A DNA stretch of 64,000 nt from Syntrophorhabdaceae bacterium (GTDB taxonomy: Bacteria > Desulfobacterota > Syntrophorhabdia > Syntrophorhabdales > Syntrophorhabdaceae). Shown in pieces: positions 51,958 through 61,344 of this stretch. A model generated the notes under the pieces. The model did not search any database and was not told where the DNA came from. It saw nothing but the letters and a program-made list of their open reading frames with translations. The stretch lies in NCBI GenBank assembly GCA_963666485.2, contig CAXXUO010000002.1:416001-480000 (forward strand), given 5' to 3'. Made by a program: the position numbers and the translations under genes. How positions within the stretch are numbered: position 1 is the stretch's first letter; each line of letters starts with the position of its first letter.

Positions 51958-54309
51958 ATGGTAATCGGCTTAAAGAACGACAAAAGCATAAAAGACAGGA
52001 TGTTCATACCCGCGGAATTGCCTGTGCTTCCGCTCAGAGGGACCGTGGCTTATCCTGATCTCGTCATGCCCCTTATCGTGGGGCGTGAAAAATCAATACG
52101 TCTTGTCGACGAAGCGATGAGCAAAGACAAGATGATAGCGATCATTACGCAAAAAAATCCCGACATCGAGGAACCCGATGCGGAAGACCTTTACACGGTG
52201 GGGACCGTCGCGACGATCATGAAGATGGTCAAAATGGTCGACGGCAGCCAGAGGGTCGTTATCCAGGGCCTGTGCCGGTGCAAGGTGATCGAGTTCACCG
52301 AATCGGAACCAAACATAAAGGCGAGCATTCTTCCGGTATTCGAGGATTATCAGAAAGATATTGAAATTGATGCAATGTACATCAATTTGAAGAACCTGTA
52401 CCGCAAGGCCATCGAGATGGCGCCTTACCTTTCATCGGAGCTGGCACAGATCGCATCCAAGGTCGAAAACCCGGGCAACCTGGCCGACCTTATCGCATCG
52501 ACGATCAACATATCGGTCATAGAAAAACAGGAGATACTGGAAAAGATCGATCTGAAGGAAAGACTGAAGAAGGCAACCATCTACCTCAACAGGGAAGTTG
52601 AGACGCTCGAACTCTCGAGTAAGATCCAGAGCCATGTCAAAGAGGGTATCGACAAGACCCAGCGCGAATACTACCTGAGGGAGCAGCTCAAGGCGATCCA
52701 GAAGGAACTTGGAGAAAGCGACGACAAGATAAACGAGATAGATGAGCTCAAGAAGAAAATAAAAGAAGCCAAAATGCCCGACGACGTCCGCAAGGTAGCG
52801 GACAAGGAACTGGACAGGCTTTCCAAGATGAGCAGCATGTCCGCGGAATACACCGTTGCCCGGACCTACCTCGACTGGCTGACAGAGCTCCCCTGGTCAA
52901 AGGCCACGGAAGACAACCTTGACATTGACGGGGCATCGACGATCCTCGACGAGGACCACTACGATCTCGAAAAGGTCAAAAAGAGGATACTTGAATACCT
53001 TGCCGTGCGGAAGCTGAAGGCCGATATGAAAGGTCCCATACTCTGTTTCGTCGGGCCTCCGGGCGTCGGGAAGACGTCCCTCGGCAAATCGATCGCCCGT
53101 GCCCTCGGCAGGAAGTTCATGAGGATATCCTTAGGCGGCATACGGGACGAGGCCGAGATACGCGGCCACAGGCGGACATATGTCGGCGCACTGCCCGGCC
53201 GCATCGTCCAGGGGATCAAGAAGGCAGGGTCGAACAACCCGATCTTCATGCTGGACGAGGTCGACAAGATAGGCATGGATTTCCGGGGAGACCCGTCAAG
53301 TGCCCTTCTCGAGGTGCTCGACCCGGAACAGAATTTTTCATTCAGTGACCATTACCTCGAGGTCCCGTTCGACCTCTCGAAGGTCATGTTCATAGCGACA
53401 GCAAATATGCTCGATCCCATACCGCCGGCGTTGAAGGACAGGATGGAGGTCCTGGAACTTCCCGGCTATACCGAGGAAGAAAAATTGATGATCGCGCGCC
53501 AGTTCCTTATCCCGAAAGAACGCTCCGAACACGGCCTCCTGGAGGACCACATCGAGTTTGAGGACGAGGCGCTAAAGGTCGTCATCCGGTCCCATACCCG
53601 GGAATCGGGCGTCCGCAACCTTGAAAGGGAGATTGCCGCCATATGCAGGGCAGTGGCCAAGGACGTCGCACAGGGCAAGACCGGGAAGCAGGTAATAACG
53701 GCCGACAGTATCCATACATTTCTCGGCCCGGTGAAATTCTTCTCCGAGGTCGCCGAGCGGACGAAATATTCCGGCGTAGCCACGGGCCTTGCATGGACCC
53801 CGACAGGCGGGGATATCCTTTTTATAGAGTCTACAAAAATGCGCGGTAAAGGCGGCCTGTCCCTCACAGGACAACTGGGCGACGTCATGAAAGAGTCGGC
53901 CCAGGCGGCGTTGAGCTATATCAGGAGCAAGTACGGCGATTACAAGATCCCGGAGGATTTTTTCGAGAAGAATGACCTGCACGTCCATGTCCCCCAGGGA
54001 GCCATCCCGAAGGATGGACCATCAGCCGGGATAACAATGTTGGTCTCTCTCGTGTCCCTGCTGACCGATAAACCGGTCCGCAATGATGTCGCAATGACCG
54101 GCGAGATCACGCTGCGCGGACTTGTTCTGCCCGTGGGCGGGATAAAGCAGAAGGTCCTCGCCGCACGGCGGGCCGGGATCAAGAACATCGTCCTTCCGAA
54201 GCTTAACGAAAAAGATCTGGAAGAGGTCCCGGAAAGCATAAAAAAAGGCATGGATTTCAAGTTCATCGAAAGGATGGACGAGGCGATAGAGATTTGTATA
54301 GCGAAATGA
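51958..54309 (+). CDS. lon: ATP-dependent protease La
   Basis: LON N-domain, [17 protein letters not shown]. Confidence 0.98.
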   Translation: MVIGLKNDKSIKDRMFIPAELPVLPLRGTVAYPDLVMPLIVGREKSIRLVDEAMSKDKMIAIITQKNPDIEEPDAEDLYTVGTVATIMKMVKMVDGSQRVVIQGLCRCKVIEFTESEPNIKASILPVFEDYQKDIEIDAMYINLKNLYRKAIEMAPYLSSELAQIASKVENPGNLADLIASTINISVIEKQEILEKIDLKERLKKATIYLNREVETLELSSKIQSHVKEGIDKTQREYYLREQLKAIQKELGESDDKINEIDELKKKIKEAKMPDDVRKVADKELDRLSKMSSMSAEYTVARTYLDWLTELPWSKATEDNLDIDGASTILDEDHYDLEKVKKRILEYLAVRKLKADMKGPILCFVGPPGVGKTSLGKSIARALGRKFMRISLGGIRDEAEIRGHRRTYVGALPGRIVQGIKKAGSNNPIFMLDEVDKIGMDFRGDPSSALLEVLDPEQNFSFSDHYLEVPFDLSKVMFIATANMLDPIPPALKDRMEVLELPGYTEEEKLMIARQFLIPKERSEHGLLEDHIEFEDEALKVVIRSHTRESGVRNLEREIAAICRAVAKDVAQGKTGKQVITADSIHTFLGPVKFFSEVAERTKYSGVATGLAWTPTGGDILFIESTKMRGKGGLSLTGQLGDVMKESAQAALSYIRSKYGDYKIPEDFFEKNDLHVHVPQGAIPKDGPSAGITMLVSLVSLLTDKPVRNDVAMTGEITLRGLVLPVGGIKQKVLAARRAGIKNIVLPKLNEKDLEEVPESIKKGMDFKFIERMDEAIEICIAK

Positions 54310-54661
54310 ACGGCTAACGGCTAACGGCTAACGGCTAACGGCTAACGGCTAACGGCTAACGGCTAACGGCTAACGGCTAACGGCTAACGGCTAACGGCTA
54401 ACGGCTAACGGCTAACGGCTAACGGCTAACGGCTAACGGCTAACGGCTAACGGCTAACGGCTAACGGCTAACGGCTAACGGCTAACGGCTAACGGCTAAC
54501 GGCTAACGGCTAACGGCTAACGGCTAACGGCTAACGGCTAACGGCTAACGGCTAACGGCTAACGGCTAACGGCTAACGGCTAACGGCTAACGGCTAACGG
54601 CTAACGGCTAACGGCTAACGGCTAACGGCTAACGGCTAACGGCTAACGGCTAACGGCTAAC
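54309..54661 (+). repeat. Perfect tandem array (AACGGCT)x50 + AAC
   Basis: Starts at the last base of the lon TGA; unit count from coordinates. Confidence 0.97.
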
Positions 54662-54682
54662 AAAGAATAGCGAAGATAAAAG

Positions 54683-54711
54683 AAAAGGCAAGCGGAAATG
54701 CTTGCCTTTTT
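54683..54711. terminator. Bidirectional terminator of the repeat cassette (copy 2)
   Basis: AAAAGGCAAGC-GGAAAT-GCTTGCCTTTTT. Confidence 0.85.
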
Positions 54712-54776
54712 AATTTTTGTTTGGGTTTTTAATTGAATTTATTTACTCTTTTATCGCCCCAGAACTTTATTCTTTT

Positions 54777-54794
54777 CCGTTAGCCGTTAGCCGT
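54777..54794 (+). repeat. Inverted heptamers (CCGTTAG)n
   Basis: ccgttag ccgttag ccgt next to the budA stop. Confidence 0.75.
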
Positions 54795-54798
54795 CCCC

Positions 54799-55584
54799 CT
54801 ATTTTTCCACCGCCTTCAACTGCACACTCCTGTCCTTCTCCAGATCAACCTTATCGAAATCGTAGTCATCAGGCAAGATGAGGAAGAGTTCCCGTGTGTC
54901 GTCAAATTCTGCGGTGACATCACTGGCGACAAAATCGAGGATGTGACCACCGGCTTTTTTGTCGGCTGTAATAAAGTGAAGGTGATATCCGGTGATGCTT
55001 ATACCCTTGAAATAGTGGGGGGACCAGAAACCTACCACGGTTCCCGTGACATTCTTGAACTCAAATACCGGCTGGGTCCTGGCTATTTCGTCGAGCGGCC
55101 GGTACGGCTTCGTCTGGGAAGGCACGCTCCGGGTCTTTACGGACCGAAAAGTCCCTGTCATTTTTACCGCGTAAAAGATATTCCTCGACGGGAACCCTTT
55201 TTCCGTGCTGTCAGAAAATTGCTGAAAGGTCGAACCTTCCTTGAGCTTTAAGGTCCTGTCTGCCGTGAAAAAGGTAACGGACGCGAAAGGTGTTTTCGTG
55301 CTGAGATCCGGCTTCGCAACCGATCCATTTGCGGATACCTGGTAAAAAACACCGTCGAGCAGGATCAACTCCCCATCGAGCCTGTCGAGAGTGCCTGTGC
55401 CGAAATCACCATTTTTGCGTAATTCGCCGAGTGTGGTGATGCCATCGTATAGACCCGCCATCAGGGCATCGATCGTTGAGATCTGGGTGATCGTTTCGTC
55501 TGATGCGAAACAAATAGATACAGACAAAAGCACAAGGAATGCTGCAATGAACGGTCTAACCCTGGAAAACGCCATATCATTCAC
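54799..55584 (-). CDS. budA: Alpha-acetolactate decarboxylase with signal peptide
   Basis: QISTIDALMAGLYDG, GDFGTGT...LDGE, TRSVP, GYHLHFI...GGHILD. Confidence 0.92.
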   Translation of the reverse strand: MNDMAFSRVRPFIAAFLVLLSVSICFASDETITQISTIDALMAGLYDGITTLGELRKNGDFGTGTLDRLDGELILLDGVFYQVSANGSVAKPDLSTKTPFASVTFFTADRTLKLKEGSTFQQFSDSTEKGFPSRNIFYAVKMTGTFRSVKTRSVPSQTKPYRPLDEIARTQPVFEFKNVTGTVVGFWSPHYFKGISITGYHLHFITADKKAGGHILDFVASDVTAEFDDTRELFLILPDDYDFDKVDLEKDRSVQLKAVEK

Positions 55585-55592
55585 CTCTTTGT

Positions 55593-55928
55593 TCAGGGTG
55601 CCAGCAGCACCTGTTCGCCGAACTCTTTCTTCAACTCGGCGGAAAGACCATCGGCCTTATCCTTGGATTCGAACTCGACCATGAGCTCCCCGCCCTGCCC
55701 TACCACGATGCGGCCGTACTTTTTGACGACACGGGCCACGTCTTCAGGCTCCACGGTCCACCAGCCCCGGGTGCGCTTGAGCAACTCTTCCCCTTTGAGT
55801 TTCTGGGGAGTCACGAGGTCAATGGAACGAAACCAGGCACTCCAGCCTATCTGGGCCGGTTCCTTCATAACAGGGGTCACCGGGTCATGGTAGATCCTGC
55901 AGCGCCCGAAAAGCCGAAGGCGGATCAT
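55593..55928 (-). CDS. Hypothetical protein
   Basis: 111 aa; ATGA overlap with the upstream ORF; in operon with budA. Confidence 0.7.
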   Translation of the reverse strand: MIRLRLFGRCRIYHDPVTPVMKEPAQIGWSAWFRSIDLVTPQKLKGEELLKRTRGWWTVEPEDVARVVKKYGRIVVGQGGELMVEFESKDKADGLSAELKKEFGEQVLLAP

Positions 55929-56263
55929 GCGAGAACCTCGTCAACCAGTTTCCCGATATCGTTTTTTCCTGCCAGAAGATCCTCGGGCACCGTAAAGCCG
56001 GATTGTGCCAGGGCCCGTCCGAGACATACCAGGTAAATGTCCGCAGCAATGTCATCGGCGGCGGCATTCGTGCGTTCAAGGATAGCGATCCACGATCTTT
56101 CGAATAATCTCAGGGCATGCTCCCGTACGCGCCGGAGCCGCTCATCGGCCGGCGATATGTTCGCCGATCCAAGAAATTCATTCTGGGCCTCTTCGAGCGA
56201 CGCAAATATCCCGCGCATGTACCGGACCTGCGGATCACGGCCAAACGTGTCGACATCTGTCAT
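55925..56263 (-). CDS. Hypothetical protein
   Basis: 112 aa; AGGA RBS; coupled to the downstream ORF. Confidence 0.7.
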   Translation of the reverse strand: MTDVDTFGRDPQVRYMRGIFASLEEAQNEFLGSANISPADERLRRVREHALRLFERSWIAILERTNAAADDIAADIYLVCLGRALAQSGFTVPEDLLAGKNDIGKLVDEVLA

Positions 56264-56379
56264 GCTCGTCCTGCCATAGACGAGATACGATTACACATGG
56301 TTTATACAATAATAAAATGCCCGGACCGTGTCAATTTTTTCTCTTTACAAGAGCACCCGGCTGGTCCCATACTTTTTCT

Positions 56380-56961
56380 ATGAAAAGAGTATTGCCTGTT
56401 ATATTAGGAGTATCGATCTTATTTTTCTTTTTCGGGACTTTCTGCGGCTTAAGCGCAGAGACGAGATCTACCGACATGTTCCTTCTTTCGTTCGGAAAGG
56501 GGAAGGTCGAGGTCCGGCTTTATTCGGACTATTTCTGCAGCGCATGCAAGGCAGTCGAGCCGAACATTGAATACCTCCTTGCAGACCTCGTTAAACGCAA
56601 TGTGATAACGATCACATTTATCGATACCCCGCTGCATAAGGAATCTGCCCTGTATGACCGCTATTTTCTGTATATCTTGAACGCAAGGAAAGAGATCAGC
56701 CATGCCCTCAAAGCGCGCTCGGTGCTCTTTGAAGCCGCACAACAGAATATCACAGACAAGGAGAAACTCGAGGCCCGCCTGGCTTCAAAAGGAATACGAT
56801 TTAAAGCCTTCGATGCCCGGCCTGTATTTACGACTCTTCAACAATACCTGACGGCTGACCGGATACGCGCCACTCCAACATGCGTCGTGATAAGCGGCGA
56901 TAAGAAGGATTTCTACCAGGGAGGGCCTAACATCACCCGGGCCCTGGAAAGCCTGAAGTAA
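56380..56961 (+). CDS. Periplasmic thioredoxin-fold (DsbA/DsbG-like) protein
   Basis: Signal peptide; YSDYFCSAC CxxC; PLH; ATPT cis-Pro motif. Confidence 0.82.
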   Translation: MKRVLPVILGVSILFFFFGTFCGLSAETRSTDMFLLSFGKGKVEVRLYSDYFCSACKAVEPNIEYLLADLVKRNVITITFIDTPLHKESALYDRYFLYILNARKEISHALKARSVLFEAAQQNITDKEKLEARLASKGIRFKAFDARPVFTTLQQYLTADRIRATPTCVVISGDKKDFYQGGPNITRALESLK

Positions 56962-56978
56962 GGCACAAGGAGTGAATT

Positions 56979-57389
56979 TTGGAAAATTCCGATACTATCG
57001 AGAAAGAGCTTCTTGCCGGTGTGCATACGATCGCGATCGTCGGGTTGTCGCCCGACCAGGAAAAAGCGAGCAATATTGTGGCAAATTACCTGATAGCGAA
57101 CGATTACGAGGTCATCCCCGTGAATCCCGGCCATGAGCAGATACTTGGCCGGAGGTCATATCCCTCCTTGAGTGACATACCGCACAAAGTGGACATCGTC
57201 GATATCTTTATGAGGTCCGAAAAGGTCCTGCCCGTTGTAATAGAGGCGGTCAAGATCAAGCCGAAGGCCATCTGGCTTCAACTCGGAATTATCGACAATG
57301 AAGCGAGGGACCTCGCTGAATCGAATAATATTCTTTTTTATATGGACCTGTGCATCAAGCAGGAGCATGCGCGGTTATTCAAGGCCTGA
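56979..57389 (+). CDS. CoA-binding protein (YccU-like)
   Basis: TIAIVGLS, IPVNP, YPSLSDIP..VDIVDIF, WLQLG. Confidence 0.9.
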   Translation: MENSDTIEKELLAGVHTIAIVGLSPDQEKASNIVANYLIANDYEVIPVNPGHEQILGRRSYPSLSDIPHKVDIVDIFMRSEKVLPVVIEAVKIKPKAIWLQLGIIDNEARDLAESNNILFYMDLCIKQEHARLFKA

Positions 57390-57858
57390 AGCCGCGTATT
57401 GAAGGGTTGGGGCAAGGGTTTGGGTACCCCTGCCCCTGGCTGGGTACTGCAGGGTGAGCCCTTTCACAGGAAGGGTCCTGGATCAGGCCGGGACTCATCA
57501 TGTGATCCTCGGGACTCTCATATACATAAATCCTCTTATGCGTACCTATCACATGCAGGAATTCTTGCTTCTCGCTCTGAAGCGTGAGGGAGGAACGGCC
57601 ACTGTTATTCATCACGGCAAACTGCAGAATAAATGTGCGCTGCGCATCTCGTGTACCTACATCAATGTCCAGCACAATATCTTCTCGTAATGAAGGGACA
57701 CGTCGAACGTAGCGCGCCGCCGACTGACCTGCGTTTATGATCGCGTATAAGAACGTGTAATCTCGTGAAAGAGAAGCCGTACGAAAATGATCGTAGAGCT
57801 CATAATTGGACAGGTACGAAAAACCTGATATGATTACCGCCTCTGCCGTTTGCATCAT
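57379..57858 (-). CDS. Hypothetical protein (doubtful)
   Basis: 159 aa ORF filling the gap; no motif recognised. Confidence 0.35.
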   Translation of the reverse strand: MMQTAEAVIISGFSYLSNYELYDHFRTASLSRDYTFLYAIINAGQSAARYVRRVPSLREDIVLDIDVGTRDAQRTFILQFAVMNNSGRSSLTLQSEKQEFLHVIGTHKRIYVYESPEDHMMSPGLIQDPSCERAHPAVPSQGQGYPNPCPNPSIRGFRP

Positions 57859-57945
57859 CGATAGAGCTTAACATCCGGGCGGGGATGGGACTATATTTCA
57901 TTTATTCAGGCAATGTGCTGGTAAGAATCTGGTGTATCAGGACCG

Positions 57946-60786
57946 TCAATCTTCTTTCCATACGCCGGTCCAATCGGAAGGCGGAGGGTTCTTGATAAAG
58001 GTATTGCATCGTTCCCAGAAGATGCGGCACACCTGATCTCTATCCAGTTGTGTGCAGAAGATGTCTCGTGCCCCGAGGAAGTCCCGTTTCCGGTAAAGAT
58101 CGAAACCCTGGTCGAAGATCTGTTCATGTTCGGCCAGACGATAATTTTTCTCGCCTAACACTTCGTATATTTTGACGGGTTTCATCTTTCCCTTGAAAAT
58201 AACGACATCAAGGAGCCGGGTTGTGAAGGAATCACCAATTTCTTCCTTCGTGGATTCGCTGATGAGGATCTTTGTACCGTACTGTTTATTCCTTTTTTCA
58301 AGATATGCCGAAATATTCACGTCGTCGCCAATCACGGTGTAATCCATACGCTGCTCAGAACCTATATTTCCGGAAAGGACCTCGCCCGTCGATATCCCGA
58401 TCCCGATCCTCACCCGTTCCTTCCCCTGAGCTGATCGCCAGCTGTTAAATTTATCAAGTACCGCATGCATATCAAGCGCACTCTTGACAGCCCTTGCAGC
58501 ATCATCATCCCGTTCGTACGGGACACCAAACACCGCCATTATGGCGTCCCCGATATATTTATCAAGGACAGCATCATATTTGAAAAGGATCTCCGACAGG
58601 AGGCTGAAACACTCGTTGATAAAATCCACGGTCTGGACAGCCGTTAATTTTTCGGTCAATGCCGTGAATCCGCGTATATCCGAAAAGAGAACGGTTACCT
58701 TGTTTCGTGTACCGCCAAGCTTTTGCCGGTCCTGATCATTGAGGACCTTATCGACAACCGCCTTTGACATGTACCGTGTCAGGGTGCTCTTAAGCCGTCT
58801 TTCTTCCGTGATGTTCTCAACAACAAGCACGGTCCCGTCATATTCATTTGCTTCATTGAAAAGAGGGACCCCGTTGACGTTGACTATATGCTGCTTTCCG
58901 TTGGGGATCACAAGCGGCATATTAAATTCGACAAAAGATAATTTTGATCCCGCAACGCCCCGTATCGCATCGGCGAAAGACTTGTTCGCCCCTCCGAGCA
59001 AGTCGAAAAAGTCCGTACCCTTCAATGTTCCTTCATTCAGCTGAAAAAGCGAGTAGAATGCGCGGTTCGCCGTTACCAGCCGGAAATCTGCGTCAAGACT
59101 GACCAACGAGTTCGATATGCTCTGCTGAACATTATCGAGATAGTTTCGCATCGTGACGACCTGGTCGAAAAGCGTCGCATTCTCCAGGGCCATCGAAATC
59201 TGCGATGACAAAGCCTGGAGCAATTCCTGGTCATCATCGGTAAACTCACCGCCGCGCTTGTTCATCACCTGTGTCACACCGACTATCTCTGCAAACCTGT
59301 TCAAGACGGGAACGCACAGCATGTTGCGCGTGCTGAAACCCGTCTGCTGGTCGAAAGCCGGGTTGAAGTGCGGGTCTTCGTAGACATTGTTGATCTTACG
59401 CCCTTTGCCGGTTGTCACGACATCACCCGCGATCCCCATCGATACGGGGAAACGGATCTCCGATATTTCCAGGTCCTGTGCCGCTTTCGACCAGAGCTCG
59501 TTTGTTGCTTTGTTCAGGAGAAACAAAGATGCTCGTTCTGAATTCAATATCTGGGATATCTTGCTCACCAGGTTCGGGATGAGGGTTTTAAGGTCCATGG
59601 TCTGGGCAGCGACATTGGAAATATCGAGCAATATGCTGACCTTTTCATAATTGGACATGACCTTTTTCGACAGGTAGAAATTGTCGAGAGAGATCGCGAT
59701 CTGCTGAGACAGGATGCGAAAGACCTTTTCGTCCTGTTCGGAGAACTGGGCTATTTTTTTGTTTATTATCTGAACAACGCCGAGAAGTTCCCCTTCAAGA
59801 TTTATAACCGGGCCGCACAGGATGGACCTGGTACGGTAGCCCGTTCTCTTGTCGACCTCCGGATTGAACCTGTCATCGCTGTATGCGTCTTCGATGTTTA
59901 ATATTGTCTTGTTCTGGGCCACCCATCCGGCTATTCCCTTGTCGATCGGTATCCTGATCTCGCGCGTCTCCGACCCTTCGGCGACACGTGACCAGAGCTG
60001 TCCTGCAGCCTTGTCCACAAGGAACAGGCTCGCCCTCTCGGCCTCCATGATCTTGCTGGCCATTGTTACATTCTTTACGAGAAGTTCCTCAATGGTAATC
60101 CGCAGATCGAAAAGCTCCGACAAATTGAGGAAGCTCTGGTAGCTTTTCAGTGCTCTTTCCGCTTCGCGCGATTTATTTAATATCTCTCCGACGTGCAGAT
60201 TGCTGCGCTGCAGGTGCTCCAGGAAATTTACGGCAAGTATCGGGATCTTTTTGAAGGCTTTTTTCAGATCGCTGTATTTTATTTGCAGAAGATGCATCCT
60301 GGTGACCGACCTGACGGAGGAAGATCGTTTCCCGTCAAAAAAATAATCGATCTCCCCGATAATGTCTCCCGGCTCTATCGCACCGAGGTCCATCCTGCCG
60401 GCAACATCATCCGTCCAGTACGCCCGGGCGGTACCGTCCAACAATATGTAAAGGTGATCACCCGACCCGTCCTGCGAGACAAATTCCACGTCTTCGCGGA
60501 TAAAAACTGCTTCTATCATCGAGGAAAGGACCTTCAGGCCCCGGACAGGGATCGAAGCGAAAACGGGTAGAAGCTTCATGATATCGACCTTCTGTCGATC
60601 GAGGGCCCCCTGAAGGTCCTCGGCCGAAACCTTTCCGGTCTCGATCAATATCTCACCGGACAATTTGAAGATATCGCGGTCCCGGAGGGCTTTCTGCAAT
60701 TCCAGGACTTCTTCGATGTTCTTTTTTTTGAGAGACAGATACCCGCCGATCTTCCTGCGGTCAGTTGAACGAGGCTTTCCTGGCAT
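57946..60786 (-). CDS. Class III adenylate/guanylate cyclase: MshEN-like, cNMP-binding, GAF-GAF, PAS, cyclase domains
   Basis: GE.D..DG.RSSSVR (cNMP); two GAF domains (GIAGWV, DKRTGYRTRSILC..NKK); PAS; FSDIRGFT, DKYIGDAIMAVFG, YTVIGDDVN. Confidence 0.92.
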   Translation of the reverse strand: MPGKPRSTDRRKIGGYLSLKKKNIEEVLELQKALRDRDIFKLSGEILIETGKVSAEDLQGALDRQKVDIMKLLPVFASIPVRGLKVLSSMIEAVFIREDVEFVSQDGSGDHLYILLDGTARAYWTDDVAGRMDLGAIEPGDIIGEIDYFFDGKRSSSVRSVTRMHLLQIKYSDLKKAFKKIPILAVNFLEHLQRSNLHVGEILNKSREAERALKSYQSFLNLSELFDLRITIEELLVKNVTMASKIMEAERASLFLVDKAAGQLWSRVAEGSETREIRIPIDKGIAGWVAQNKTILNIEDAYSDDRFNPEVDKRTGYRTRSILCGPVINLEGELLGVVQIINKKIAQFSEQDEKVFRILSQQIAISLDNFYLSKKVMSNYEKVSILLDISNVAAQTMDLKTLIPNLVSKISQILNSERASLFLLNKATNELWSKAAQDLEISEIRFPVSMGIAGDVVTTGKGRKINNVYEDPHFNPAFDQQTGFSTRNMLCVPVLNRFAEIVGVTQVMNKRGGEFTDDDQELLQALSSQISMALENATLFDQVVTMRNYLDNVQQSISNSLVSLDADFRLVTANRAFYSLFQLNEGTLKGTDFFDLLGGANKSFADAIRGVAGSKLSFVEFNMPLVIPNGKQHIVNVNGVPLFNEANEYDGTVLVVENITEERRLKSTLTRYMSKAVVDKVLNDQDRQKLGGTRNKVTVLFSDIRGFTALTEKLTAVQTVDFINECFSLLSEILFKYDAVLDKYIGDAIMAVFGVPYERDDDAARAVKSALDMHAVLDKFNSWRSAQGKERVRIGIGISTGEVLSGNIGSEQRMDYTVIGDDVNISAYLEKRNKQYGTKILISESTKEEIGDSFTTRLLDVVIFKGKMKPVKIYEVLGEKNYRLAEHEQIFDQGFDLYRKRDFLGARDIFCTQLDRDQVCRIFWERCNTFIKNPPPSDWTGVWKED

Positions 60787-60909
60787 TACGATTTCTCCTG
60801 GATGAAAAGTCTTCTTGCCCGTACAGCTTGTCAGGATTTGATAGATACTAATAAAAATTTACATTTTAATCAATTTATTTCACATCTTATCGTATAGAAG
60901 GAGGAAATC

Positions 60910-61344
60910 TCATCTGGCAAGCTTTTTCTTGGTTTCTTCCACCTCGATGTCGGCTTCTTTCGACCGTTCGATCACGGACAGGACCCCTACCCATGTCTTC
61001 GACTGCGCAACGAGCGTGCTCTCGGGATATTCCCTGATGATCCTCTGGAACATGGCCCTTGATCTCCGGTAATCTTTCCGCGGGTTCTTCTGAGTGGCAT
61101 AGATAAGCCCCATATTGAACAGGGCCTGATCGGCCGGGGCCTTGTGATCGGAACGAACAAGAATGCTCTGGTTTAATTTAAGGCTGTTCTCGAATTCCCC
61201 CCGCGCATAGAGATTGGCGGCACTTTGAAGATCGGCCGAGAATGTGTCGGTTTTGACGGTTGCACATCCCAGGAACCCGGAAACGATCAATGCCGCAAGA
61301 ATACAGTGAATGTGCTTCCTTTTCCCGGTTCGCTTTCGACCCAA
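60910..61344 (-). CDS. TPR-containing lipoprotein (QseG/YfhG-like position)
   Basis: FLGC lipobox; ALFNMGLIY...DYRRS...FQRII.EYPES. Confidence 0.75.
   Translation of the reverse strand: MGRKRTGKRKHIHCILAALIVSGFLGCATVKTDTFSADLQSAANLYARGEFENSLKLNQSILVRSDHKAPADQALFNMGLIYATQKNPRKDYRRSRAMFQRIIREYPESTLVAQSKTWVGVLSVIERSKEADIEVEETKKKLAR

Noticed and set aside
56380..56961. DsbA-like protein as a further selenoprotein
   Set aside because: Its CSAC motif uses TGC codons and there is no in-frame TGA.
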